DNA of 64,000 bases from Pseudomonadota bacterium (GTDB lineage Bacteria > Pseudomonadota > Alphaproteobacteria > Rhizobiales > Xanthobacteraceae). The notes below the pieces were generated by a model. That model did no database searches. It was not told where the DNA came from and was given only the letters and a program-made list of their open reading frames with translations. The translations under genes and the position numbers were made by a program. Below, piece by piece: positions 19,881-28,381 of this stretch (the stretch's first letter is position 1; every line of letters starts with the position of its first letter). Location of the stretch: positions 31,735 to 95,734 of the forward strand of contig JAFECJ010000001.1 of assembly GCA_018242205.1 (NCBI GenBank), written 5' to 3'.

Positions 19881-20765
19881 ATGACCGAACTCGACGACCA
19901 CAAGGCCCGCGCCCGCGCCTGGTTCGAAGACTTGCGCGATCAGATTTGCCTCAGCTTTGAGAGGCTCGAGGACGCCCTGCCCGCCTCGGCGCCGCTTGCC
20001 GACAAGCCGCCCGGCCGCTTCGTGCGCACGCCGTGGCAGCGCACCGACCATACCGGCGCGCCGGGTGGCGGCGGCGTCATGTCGCTGATGCGCGGCCGCG
20101 TGTTCGAGAAAGTCGGCGTGCACTGCTCGACCGTGCATGGCGAGTTCGCGCCGGAATTCCGCAGCCAGATTCCCGGCGCTGCCGACAACCCGAACTTCTG
20201 GGCGTCGGGCATCTCGCTGATCGCCCATCCGCAGAACCCGCACGTGCCGGCGGTGCACATGAACACCCGCTTCGTCGTCACGTCGAAAGCATGGTTCGGC
20301 GGCGGCGCCGACCTGACCCCGGTGCTCGACCGCCGTCGCACGCAGGACGACGCCGACACGAAAGCCTTTCACGCGGCGATGCAGGCGCCGTGCGATGCGC
20401 ACAAGGGCGTCGCCGACTACGGCAAATTCAAAAGCTGGTGCGACGACTATTTCCACCTCAAGCACCGCAACGAGCCCCGCGGCATCGGCGGCATCTTCTA
20501 CGATTATCTGGAGAACGACTGGGAGGCGACCTTCGCCTTCACCCAGGCCGTTGGCAGCGCTTTCCGCGATATCTATCCCAAGCTGGTCGAGAAGAATTTC
20601 ATGGCGCCGTGGACCGAAGCCGATCGCGACGAGCAACTGGTGCGCCGCGGCCGTTATGTCGAGTTCAATCTCCTGTACGACCGCGGCACGATCTTCGGCC
20701 TGAAGACCGGCGGAAATGTGGAGTCGATCCTGTCGTCGATGCCGCCCGTTGTTAAATGGCCGTGA
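19881..20765 (+). CDS. hemF: Oxygen-dependent coproporphyrinogen III oxidase
   Basis: [42 protein letters not shown] and [16 protein letters not shown]. Confidence 0.97.
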   Translation: MTELDDHKARARAWFEDLRDQICLSFERLEDALPASAPLADKPPGRFVRTPWQRTDHTGAPGGGGVMSLMRGRVFEKVGVHCSTVHGEFAPEFRSQIPGAADNPNFWASGISLIAHPQNPHVPAVHMNTRFVVTSKAWFGGGADLTPVLDRRRTQDDADTKAFHAAMQAPCDAHKGVADYGKFKSWCDDYFHLKHRNEPRGIGGIFYDYLENDWEATFAFTQAVGSAFRDIYPKLVEKNFMAPWTEADRDEQLVRRGRYVEFNLLYDRGTIFGLKTGGNVESILSSMPPVVKWP

Positions 20766-20827
20766 TCTGACCGTCATCATCGCGGCCTAGGCTTTCGCAT
20801 CCTCACACCCAAGGAAGCGGAGCGCCC

Positions 20828-21091
20828 ATGGACTATTCGGCTGGCAGCATCGTCGTCTTGAAATCCGGCGGCCCGGCGATGACCGTCGTCGCATCGACCG
20901 AAAATGACGTCGAGTGCGTCTGGATGAACGAGGTCGGCGAATTGTCACGCGAGACCATTCCGGCCATCGCCCTCGAGGCGGTCGAGACCGAGGAAGACGA
21001 CGCCGATGAGGACGACGAAAACGAAGAAGAAGACGATGAGACGTTCGAAGACGGCGAGCCGCAGGGAAAAGAAAAGGAACTCGTCGACTGA
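20828..21091 (+). CDS. YodC/DUF2158 family small protein with acidic tail
   Basis: GSIVVLKSGGPAMTV...VECVW motif, followed by a tail of about 30 residues that is mostly Asp/Glu. Confidence 0.85.
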   Translation: MDYSAGSIVVLKSGGPAMTVVASTENDVECVWMNEVGELSRETIPAIALEAVETEEDDADEDDENEEEDDETFEDGEPQGKEKELVD

Positions 21092-21218
21092 CAACGCGCG
21101 CCTGAACGACGCCGTCGTCAATCTGGGCCACGCCTATTGGCAGGGCTCGCTGCGCACCGGCATCGCCGCCCTTGCGGCGGCGGTCGAGGTGTTGTCGCAG
21201 ATGTCAAAGGGGCGATGA
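21092..21218 (+). pseudogene. Coding-like fragment without its own start (possible gene remnant)
   Basis: DNARLNDAVVNLGHAYWQGSLRTGIAALAAAVEVLSQMSKGR* with strong GC3 bias, out of frame with yodC. Confidence 0.3.
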
Positions 21219-21227
21219 CGGCGCCCG

Positions 21228-21986
21228 TCAGCGCAACGCCGACACAATCATCGTCGCGCCGCCGATCAGGACGACGACGTCGAGAATGGCGGTGTGCACG
21301 CGGATCGGCATGCGCCTGACGATGAAGCGCGACAGGTGGGCACCGGGCATCGAGACGAGGCCGGTCAGGAGCGCCAGCGCGATCACCTTCGGCGTCAGGG
21401 CGCCGTTGAAGCCGAACACCGAGACTTTGACGACACCGACGCCGATCGACACCATGGCGTCGGTGGCGATCACCGCCGCGCCTTCGAGCCCAACCGCCAT
21501 CAAGAGCGACAGCAGGATGACGCCGGACCCGGCCGTGCCGCCGACCAGGAAGCCGTAACTGGCGGCGCCGACAGCGAAGCCGCGATCCGTAATCCGCCAA
21601 TTGCGCCGCCGCGCCAAGCGCCGCAACGGTACGCTGACGATCAGCATGGAACCGATGACGATCGCCGCGCCTGCGCCGGTGAGCCGCGAATAGCCCCACG
21701 CGCTTACTACGCAGCCCGGCAACGCCAACGCCGTCGCGACGAACGCGCGGCGGCGGTCGAGATGCGCGAAGTAAGCCGAGACGCGGCCGGAATTATTGAA
21801 CAGCGCGGCGAGCCCGATGATCGGCACCACCGGCGCGGCGCCGACCAGCGGCACGAGCACCAGCGGCATCAGGGCGCCGCTGCCATAGCCGGAAACCCCG
21901 CCGATGATGCCGGCCACCAAAGCGACCATCGCGACGAGCACAAGCTGCGTCAGCGAGAGGTCTGCGAAACCGGAAAGTATGTGCAT
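21228..21986 (-). CDS. TauE/SafE sulfite exporter family membrane protein
   Basis: GIIGGVSGYGSGALMPLV, GFLVGGTAGSGVILLSLL and AAVIATDA; multiple TM helices. Confidence 0.88.
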   Translation of the reverse strand: MHILSGFADLSLTQLVLVAMVALVAGIIGGVSGYGSGALMPLVLVPLVGAAPVVPIIGLAALFNNSGRVSAYFAHLDRRRAFVATALALPGCVVSAWGYSRLTGAGAAIVIGSMLIVSVPLRRLARRRNWRITDRGFAVGAASYGFLVGGTAGSGVILLSLLMAVGLEGAAVIATDAMVSIGVGVVKVSVFGFNGALTPKVIALALLTGLVSMPGAHLSRFIVRRMPIRVHTAILDVVVLIGGATMIVSALR

Positions 21987-22042
21987 GGCCGGCGCGCTGC
22001 GTGCACTCTCGCCCGCCGTCCGTCAAGCATCCCGCCGGATTT

Positions 22043-22291
22043 TCAATCGGCGCTGGGCAGCCGCCGCATCGTGAATTCGATCTCGTCGCCCGGCAGCACG
22101 CGCCAGTGTTCGATTTCGGTCATGTAGGCGGCCTTGGGATAGCGTGAGAAGAACGCGCGCGCTTTGGCCCGCGCTGCATCGCGCGGCAGCCGGAAGGTCT
22201 CGCGACGGAACGCATCATGCGCGGGCGCGCGGCGGCCGCGAGCCTGGGCCAGCCGTCGGGCAAGATCGTGTGGTGTGTCGTCACGCGGCAT
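22043..22291 (-). CDS. Conserved-looking small hypothetical protein
   Basis: RETFRLPRDAARAKARAFFSRYPKAAYMTEIEHWRVLPGDEIEFTMRRLPSAD; protein-like composition; I recall similar alphaproteobacterial hypotheticals, unverified. Confidence 0.65.
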   Translation of the reverse strand: MPRDDTPHDLARRLAQARGRRAPAHDAFRRETFRLPRDAARAKARAFFSRYPKAAYMTEIEHWRVLPGDEIEFTMRRLPSAD

Positions 22292-22609
22292 GGTTCAGAG
22301 AATCGGATCGCCGGACAGCTTGTTCAAGGCGCTTGAAGCGATGGCCGGGCGGCACTGCTCGGCGTACCGAATTACTACCTGTCTGCGGTATCCATATTAG
22401 AATACCCTACAAAGTTGCGGCCCTGCAACAGGGTCCGCAAATCTCGGTGCCGTCCCTGCCATTACGTAGTGACCCCGATTGAGCCGCGCCCGGTCTCGGG
22501 TTTAGCGTATTTTACAGTCAACACTCGGAGAATGGGGTACCGCCACATCTCCGCCTCGCAACCGAATGACGCGTTGCGCTGCGCACGCGTTAGCCATGAG
22601 GAGGGTGAA

Positions 22610-23299
22610 ATGCGTCGTCTTGCTGGGGCTTTGTTGGGCGCTACGCTTCTTGGTGGAGTGGCTGCGAACGCGGCCGACCTGCCCGCCAAAGCGCCGGTCT
22701 ATAAAGCGCCGCCGGTCCTCATGTACAATTGGACTGGCTTCTATCTCGGTATCAACGGCGGCGGCGGCTGGGGCCACACCGACTGGACTTATGTCGTCGG
22801 CGGCAACACGGCAAATCACAACACCAGCGGCGGCCTCATCGGCGGCACCGTCGGCTACAATCATCAGATTCAGAATTGGGTGCTCGGCATTGAAGCCGAC
22901 TGGGACTGGGCCAACATCAACGGCAGTACGGCCTGCCCCAACCCGGCCTTCAGCTGCGAATCCAAGATCAAATCGATCGGCACGCTGCGCGGCCGCGTCG
23001 GCACGACGCTCGGCGCCACCGGCAACATCCTGTTGTACGCGACCGGTGGCTGGGCGTGGGACCGCCTGACCATTCAAACCGTGAATGCGGCGGTCGGCAC
23101 CAACGGCACGACCGGCACCGCCAACGGCTGGACGCTCGGCGGCGGCGTCGAATACGGCTTCCTGCCGCACTGGTCGGCGAAGCTCGAATATCTCTATGCC
23201 GGCTTCGGCACCAACCGCTACACCGTCGACACAGCCCTGCAGGTCGACGCCCGCGAACGCGTGAACCTGGTGCGCGCCGGCATCAATTATCGCTTCTGA
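22610..23299 (+). CDS. Outer membrane beta-barrel porin (Omp25/RopB-like)
   Basis: Signal peptide, AADLPAKAP, NWTGFYLGINGG, GGTVGYN, WVLGIEAD, GWTLGGGVEY, WSAKLEYLY and terminal aromatic GINYRF; SD GAGGAGG. Confidence 0.92.
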   Translation: MRRLAGALLGATLLGGVAANAADLPAKAPVYKAPPVLMYNWTGFYLGINGGGGWGHTDWTYVVGGNTANHNTSGGLIGGTVGYNHQIQNWVLGIEADWDWANINGSTACPNPAFSCESKIKSIGTLRGRVGTTLGATGNILLYATGGWAWDRLTIQTVNAAVGTNGTTGTANGWTLGGGVEYGFLPHWSAKLEYLYAGFGTNRYTVDTALQVDARERVNLVRAGINYRF

Positions 23300-23323
23300 C
23301 GCGGCCAATCACGGGATGCGAAG

Positions 23324-23347
23324 GGCCGGCGGCGATGCCGGCCTTTT
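23324..23347. terminator. Terminator between the convergent porin and cca genes
   Basis: ggccggc-ggcgat-gccggcc-tttt. Confidence 0.7.
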
Positions 23348-23354
23348 CGCGTTG

Positions 23355-24602
23355 TCATGCAGCCTTCGTGGCGGTCTGGGCGATGTCGTCGAGCGCCGCG
23401 CGATCGAACGGAAAATCAGCGGCGATCCAGGCGTCCTCGGCGGCGCGCAGCGCGGCGCCGAGCGCCGGACCCTTGGCGACGCCACGCTTGAGAAAATCAT
23501 CGGCGCGCAGCGGAAACACCGGCGGCGTAAAGCGCTGCGGCCGCTCGATGAGGTCGTGCCATGCCGTATCATGCGCCGTCGCCTGCGACCGCGCCCAGGC
23601 GAGCAGCGCCTGATCGGTGAAGGCCGCAGCGCCGCGTCGATAAATGAGTGCCCGCGTCTCGCGCTCGCTCAAAGCCGGCGACAATCCGTGCCAGCCTTCC
23701 ACCATGGTGCGGATACGGTCGCGTTCGTGATTGGCAAGCCGCAGGCGCTCATGGAGCCGCTGGGCATCTTCGGAAACGGCCGCGCCGAGCGCGCCGAGCC
23801 GGCGCGTGGCGTCGGCGGCAAACCCCATCGCCGCCTCGACCTTGGTCATGTTCTCGAAAGCGGCGAGATAGATGACGCCGGCGAGAATGCTCAAGGTGAA
23901 GCCGGCGTCCGACATCACGATCAAGGTCGGTGTCGCGTGCTTTGCCACCACGAGCTTGAGCATCTCCATGCGCAGCCGTTCACGCGACAACTGCGCCAAA
24001 CCGGCACGCGCGGCGATGCAGGCGGCAAGCCCGTCGGCATCGGGATGGCCGCCGCCGCCATAAGCCGCGTGGAAGCGAAAGAAACGCAGGATGCGCAGAT
24101 AGTCCTCGGCAATGCGCTGCGCGGCGTCGCCGATGAAGCGCACGCGCCGGGCTGCGAGATCATCGAGGCCGCCGGTATAGTCATGGACGATGCCGTCGCG
24201 CGTCACCGACAGCGCGTTCATGGTGAAGTCGCGTCGCAGTGCGTCCTCACGCCAGTCGCGGCCGAAGGCGACCTTGGCATGGCGGCCGAAGGTCTCGACA
24301 TCGGTGCGCAGCGTTGTCACCTCGAATGGATGCTTGTCGATGACGACCGTGACGGTGCCGTGCGCGATGCCGGTCGGCACCGGCTTGAAGCCGGCCGCCT
24401 TGGCCCGGCGGATAACCTCGTCCGGCACCGCGGTGGTGGCGACATCCACTTCATGGATCGGCGCATCGATCAGCGCATTGCGCACCGCGCCGCCGACGAC
24501 GCGCGCCTCCTCGCCGTCGCGATCGAGGATATCCATGAGGCGTTTGAGCGGACCGGCGAAGGGCCAGGTCGACAGATCGATCTTGCGTGATGTCGCGTTC
24601 AC
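23355..24602 (-). CDS. cca: CCA tRNA nucleotidyltransferase
   Basis: VVGGAVRNAL, EVDVATT, FEVTTLR, DALRRDFTMNAL and EDYLRILRFFRF; GTG start overlapping the upstream stop. Confidence 0.93.
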   Translation of the reverse strand: MNATSRKIDLSTWPFAGPLKRLMDILDRDGEEARVVGGAVRNALIDAPIHEVDVATTAVPDEVIRRAKAAGFKPVPTGIAHGTVTVVIDKHPFEVTTLRTDVETFGRHAKVAFGRDWREDALRRDFTMNALSVTRDGIVHDYTGGLDDLAARRVRFIGDAAQRIAEDYLRILRFFRFHAAYGGGGHPDADGLAACIAARAGLAQLSRERLRMEMLKLVVAKHATPTLIVMSDAGFTLSILAGVIYLAAFENMTKVEAAMGFAADATRRLGALGAAVSEDAQRLHERLRLANHERDRIRTMVEGWHGLSPALSERETRALIYRRGAAAFTDQALLAWARSQATAHDTAWHDLIERPQRFTPPVFPLRADDFLKRGVAKGPALGAALRAAEDAWIAADFPFDRAALDDIAQTATKAA

Positions 24603-24865
24603 CGCGTCGTCCCCGGCACGAAATGGCCCTGCTCGTCGAGATGCGCCGGAATATAGGTCGAACCGGGCGGCGCGCCGCCGTAATGCGAGAAATAGAGAAA
24701 GCTGCCGATCACCAGGATCAGCGCGACGATGGCCAGCGAGATAATCCGCGACAGCGGCCACGACCGTACATCGACGACGCCGGCCTTGGTCGCCCACAGA
24801 AAGATCGCATAAAGCGCGAACGGCGTCGCAAACAGCAGAATTTCCGTCGCGAGCGTACGGATCAT
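24599..24865 (-). CDS. Small membrane protein (DUF6111-like)
   Basis: MIRTLATEILLFATPF, two TM segments and YIPAHLDEQGHFVPG; ATGA coupling with its neighbours. Confidence 0.75.
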   Translation of the reverse strand: MIRTLATEILLFATPFALYAIFLWATKAGVVDVRSWPLSRIISLAIVALILVIGSFLYFSHYGGAPPGSTYIPAHLDEQGHFVPGTTR

Positions 24866-25530
24866 CGGTAGATCCTCTCGCGCATGTTGCGCAGGATGCC
24901 GGCGGTGACACCCCAGATGTAACGCTCGCCGAAGGTGATCGCGTAATAGTGCCGTTCGATACCCTGCCACTCACGCGAATGGCGCTGCATGTTGGCCTGA
25001 TCCATCAGAAAGGCCAACGGGACCTCGAAGGCGACATCGACCTCGGAGGTGTTGAGCGCGAGCGTAAAGCCCGGTTCGACGCGGGCGATCGTCGGCACGA
25101 TGCGGTAGCCGAGCGTCGTCATGTAGAGATCGAGATAGCCGAGCGGCTCGACAGCCTGCCGCGACAAGCCGATCTCTTCTTCCGCTTCGCGCAAAGCGGC
25201 CTGCATCGGATCGGCATCGGTCTTGTCGATCTTGCCGCCGGGAAACGAAATCTGCCCGGGATGATCGGGCAGGTGCTGCGCACGCTGCGTCAACAGCACG
25301 GTCGGCTCGCCCGGGTGATCGACGACGGCAATCAGCACCGCCGCCGGGCGGATCGGCCGCACCTCAGCGATCTTCTGCATCACCGGGTCGGCGTCATGGT
25401 CGCCGCGCATCGGCGTGACGCCGGCGTCGGTAAGACCGGGCGGAACGTCGAGCGTCAGGCGCTGCTTAACGCGCGCATAGAACTCGGCCGCGCCCAGAGT
25501 GGCGCCATTGGATTGCGGGTTCAGCATCAC
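24862..25530 (-). CDS. Nudix CoA pyrophosphatase (NudL/PCD1-like)
   Basis: AAVLIAV, VLLTQRA, HPGQISFPGG, ALREAEEEIGL and IWGVTAGIL. Confidence 0.92.
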   Translation of the reverse strand: MMLNPQSNGATLGAAEFYARVKQRLTLDVPPGLTDAGVTPMRGDHDADPVMQKIAEVRPIRPAAVLIAVVDHPGEPTVLLTQRAQHLPDHPGQISFPGGKIDKTDADPMQAALREAEEEIGLSRQAVEPLGYLDLYMTTLGYRIVPTIARVEPGFTLALNTSEVDVAFEVPLAFLMDQANMQRHSREWQGIERHYYAITFGERYIWGVTAGILRNMRERIYR

Positions 25531-26186
25531 GACAACTCCCGCAACGTGCTGGCTTCGGCCATCGGGTAGAATTCGCCGCGCGAGGCGACGCCGAACATCG
25601 CGACACCGTCGATGTCACGCTCTTCGCCGAGTTCGACCAGGTCGTAAAACAAGGCCCGCGTCACTTTGGCCCAGAGGTCGCAACGAACATGGAGATAAGG
25701 CGCCAGGCCGCCGTTGTCGGCGTCCTCTTCGAAACGAAGTGCGTGACCGGGGCCGGCCTCGACCCATTCATCGACATTTGTCCGAAAATTCAACGTAGGG
25801 CCTTCCGTCGTGTCATCGACCTTGAGTTCCACCGCCGTGAAGGGCGCGTCGTCAACGACGATGCCGACCTTCTCGACCGGCGTAACGAGAAAATATTTGT
25901 CGCCTTCGCGCTTGAGCACGGAGGCAAACAGCTTGACCAGCGCGGCGCGGCCGATCGGCGTCTTGTCATAAAACCAGGTGCCGTCGGCGGCGATCCGCAT
26001 GTCGATATCGCCGCAAAACGGTGGATTCCACAGATGAACGGGCGGGAGCCCTTTACCGCGCTCGCGCGTCACGACGGCGGCTATACCATCGAGGCCACCC
26101 GGATGCGGCGCTTTTTGCGGTACCCGGGGCTTCGCCTGACGCCTTATCCCGCGCTTTTCCTGCCCTGTCTTCGCCATTGTTGCCAT
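25527..26186 (-). CDS. DUF1285 domain protein
   Basis: PPVHLWNPPFCGDIDMRIAADGTWFY, LVTPVEKVGIVVDDAPF and PYLHVR. Confidence 0.88.
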   Translation of the reverse strand: MATMAKTGQEKRGIRRQAKPRVPQKAPHPGGLDGIAAVVTRERGKGLPPVHLWNPPFCGDIDMRIAADGTWFYDKTPIGRAALVKLFASVLKREGDKYFLVTPVEKVGIVVDDAPFTAVELKVDDTTEGPTLNFRTNVDEWVEAGPGHALRFEEDADNGGLAPYLHVRCDLWAKVTRALFYDLVELGEERDIDGVAMFGVASRGEFYPMAEASTLRELS

Positions 26187-26399
26187 ACGTACTTGTATCG
26201 TCTGCGAACCGCGGCTGTTCGCAACTTTGTGACACGCCGGACCGCAGCCGGAAGATAACGTAAGCTACTCAAAATAATGAGGCAGATTCGTCTGCAGGCC
26301 AGACGCGCTTGGTGCGCTAGTTGCATAGCCTTGGGATAGGCCAAGGCGCGCGGATCGCGAATCACGCCTACCATTCGATGCAAAAAGGAACCATGGACC

Positions 26400-27410
26400 A
26401 TGGCATCGGCAAGCGGCGAAAGCATTGAAAAGCTGGAAGATATGATCGTCCGCGCGGCGGAAACCACCGCCGCCCATGTGCGCGCCGCCAAGGACGCCAT
26501 CGGCACGGTCATTTTCGGCCAGGAAACGGTGGTTGAACACGCACTGGTCACGGTCCTGTCCGGCGGTCATGCCCTGCTGGTCGGCGTCCCCGGTCTCGCC
26601 AAGACCAAACTCGTCGAAACCATGGGCATTGCGCTCGGCCTCGACGCGCGCCGCGTGCAATTCACCCCCGACCTGATGCCGTCCGACATTCTCGGTTCCG
26701 AGGTGCTCGAGGAGAATTCGGCCGGCAAGCGCAGCTTCCGCTTCATCCCCGGCCCGGTCTTCGCCCAGCTCCTGATGGCCGACGAAATCAACCGCGCCTC
26801 GCCGCGCACCCAGTCGGCGCTGCTGCAGGCCATGCAGGAACAGCATGTGACGGTTGCCGGCGTCCGCCACGACCTGCCCAAGCCGTTCCACGTGCTGGCG
26901 ACCCAGAACCCGCTCGAGCAGGAAGGCACTTATCCCCTGCCCGAAGCCCAGCTCGACCGCTTCATCATGGAAATCGACGTCGATTACCCCGATCTCGAAG
27001 CCGAGCGGAAGATCCTGTTCGACACCACCGGCGCCGAGGACTCGCACGCCAAGGCGGCGATGACCGCGGACGACCTGATCGCGGCGCAGCGTCTGGTGCG
27101 CCGCCTGCCGGTCGGCGAGTCGGTGGTCGAGGCAATCCTGCAACTGGTGCGCTCGGCCCGTCCGGGCGACGAAGCCGGCGACGTGTCGCGGCTGATCTCC
27201 TGGGGTCCAGGTCCGCGCGCCTCACAGGCCCTGATGCTGGCGGTGCGCGCTCGCGCCCTGCTCGACAACCGCTTCGCGCCTTCGATCGACGACGTACTTG
27301 AACTCGCCGAGCCCATCTTGAAGCACCGCATGGCCCTGACCTTCGCTGCGCGCGCGGAAGGCGAGACCGTCGGCAACGTCATCAAGCGGCTGAAGGCGCG
27401 CATCGGATAA
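26400..27410 (+). CDS. MoxR family AAA+ ATPase
   Basis: Walker A GVPGLAKT, RVQFTPDLMPSDILG, Walker B MADEINRASPRTQSALL and ATQNPLEQEGTYPLPEAQLDRF. Confidence 0.96.
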   Translation: MASASGESIEKLEDMIVRAAETTAAHVRAAKDAIGTVIFGQETVVEHALVTVLSGGHALLVGVPGLAKTKLVETMGIALGLDARRVQFTPDLMPSDILGSEVLEENSAGKRSFRFIPGPVFAQLLMADEINRASPRTQSALLQAMQEQHVTVAGVRHDLPKPFHVLATQNPLEQEGTYPLPEAQLDRFIMEIDVDYPDLEAERKILFDTTGAEDSHAKAAMTADDLIAAQRLVRRLPVGESVVEAILQLVRSARPGDEAGDVSRLISWGPGPRASQALMLAVRARALLDNRFAPSIDDVLELAEPILKHRMALTFAARAEGETVGNVIKRLKARIG

Positions 27411-27412
27411 AC

Positions 27413-28381
27413 ATGCCGGGAAATGACTTGGCCGAGCTGACCGCCACGGGAACGAGCGCACTGCCGGTCAACGCCGCCGCCGGCAAGAGCAGCAAGCTCG
27501 CCGCGCGCATTCCGCGTCTCATCCTGGAAGCGCGGCGCGTCGCCTCGACGTTGATCCATGGCTTGCACGGCCGGCGCCGCGCCGGCACCGGCGAGAATTT
27601 CTGGCAGTATCGTCACTTCACCTCCGGCGAGCCGGCCGGCCGCATCGACTGGCGCCGCTCGGCACGCGACGACCATCTCTACGTGCGCGAGCGCGAATGG
27701 GAGGCCTCACATACGATCTGGATGTGGGCGGATCGTTCGCCGTCGATGGACTTCTCCTCCAACCTCACCGAATGGTCCAAGCTCGACCGGGCGCTGGTCG
27801 TGTCCTTCGCGCTGTCGGAAGTGCTGGTGCAGGGCGGCGAGCGCGTCGGCATTCCGCTGTTGATGCGGCCGACCGCCAGCCGCAACGTCATCGAGACCAT
27901 GGCGCAGCGCATCATCCTCGATCGCACCGAGCGGCCGAGCCTGCCGCCGAACTTCGCGCCGGCGCCGTTTTCCGAGGTCGTGCTGCTGTCGGACCTGTGG
28001 AGCCCGATCAGCGAATATCGCAAGGTCATCGGCCAGCTCGCCGCCAACGGCGCACGCGGACATGTCGTCCAGGTGTGCGATCCGGCGGAAGAGACCTTCC
28101 CCTATGCCGGCCGCGTCGAATTCGTTGAGTCCGAAGGCGCCGGCAGCGTCACCGCCGGCCGCGCCGAAACCTGGCGTGACGAGTACCAGACACTCGTCGC
28201 CAATCACCGCGCCGCCCTCCGCGCCGAGACCGAAGCCTTCGGCTGGACCTTCACCGTGCATCGCACCGACCGCGGCCCGACGGAATTGTTGTTCGCGCTG
28301 CATGCGCGCATGGGCGCGCACTCGGTGCAAGGCGCGCTCAACAGCCGGCACCTGACGCGGCAGGCCGGGGGCGCCGCATGA
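27413..28381 (+). CDS. DUF58 protein (MoxR-associated)
   Basis: GLHGRRRAGTGENFWQYR, RIDWRRSAR, YVREREWE and DRSPSM. Confidence 0.92.
   Translation: MPGNDLAELTATGTSALPVNAAAGKSSKLAARIPRLILEARRVASTLIHGLHGRRRAGTGENFWQYRHFTSGEPAGRIDWRRSARDDHLYVREREWEASHTIWMWADRSPSMDFSSNLTEWSKLDRALVVSFALSEVLVQGGERVGIPLLMRPTASRNVIETMAQRIILDRTERPSLPPNFAPAPFSEVVLLSDLWSPISEYRKVIGQLAANGARGHVVQVCDPAEETFPYAGRVEFVESEGAGSVTAGRAETWRDEYQTLVANHRAALRAETEAFGWTFTVHRTDRGPTELLFALHARMGAHSVQGALNSRHLTRQAGGAA

Noticed and set aside
22501-22515. tttagcgtattttac as a CtrA site upstream of the porin gene
   Set aside because: Both half-sites deviate from TTAA; too weak
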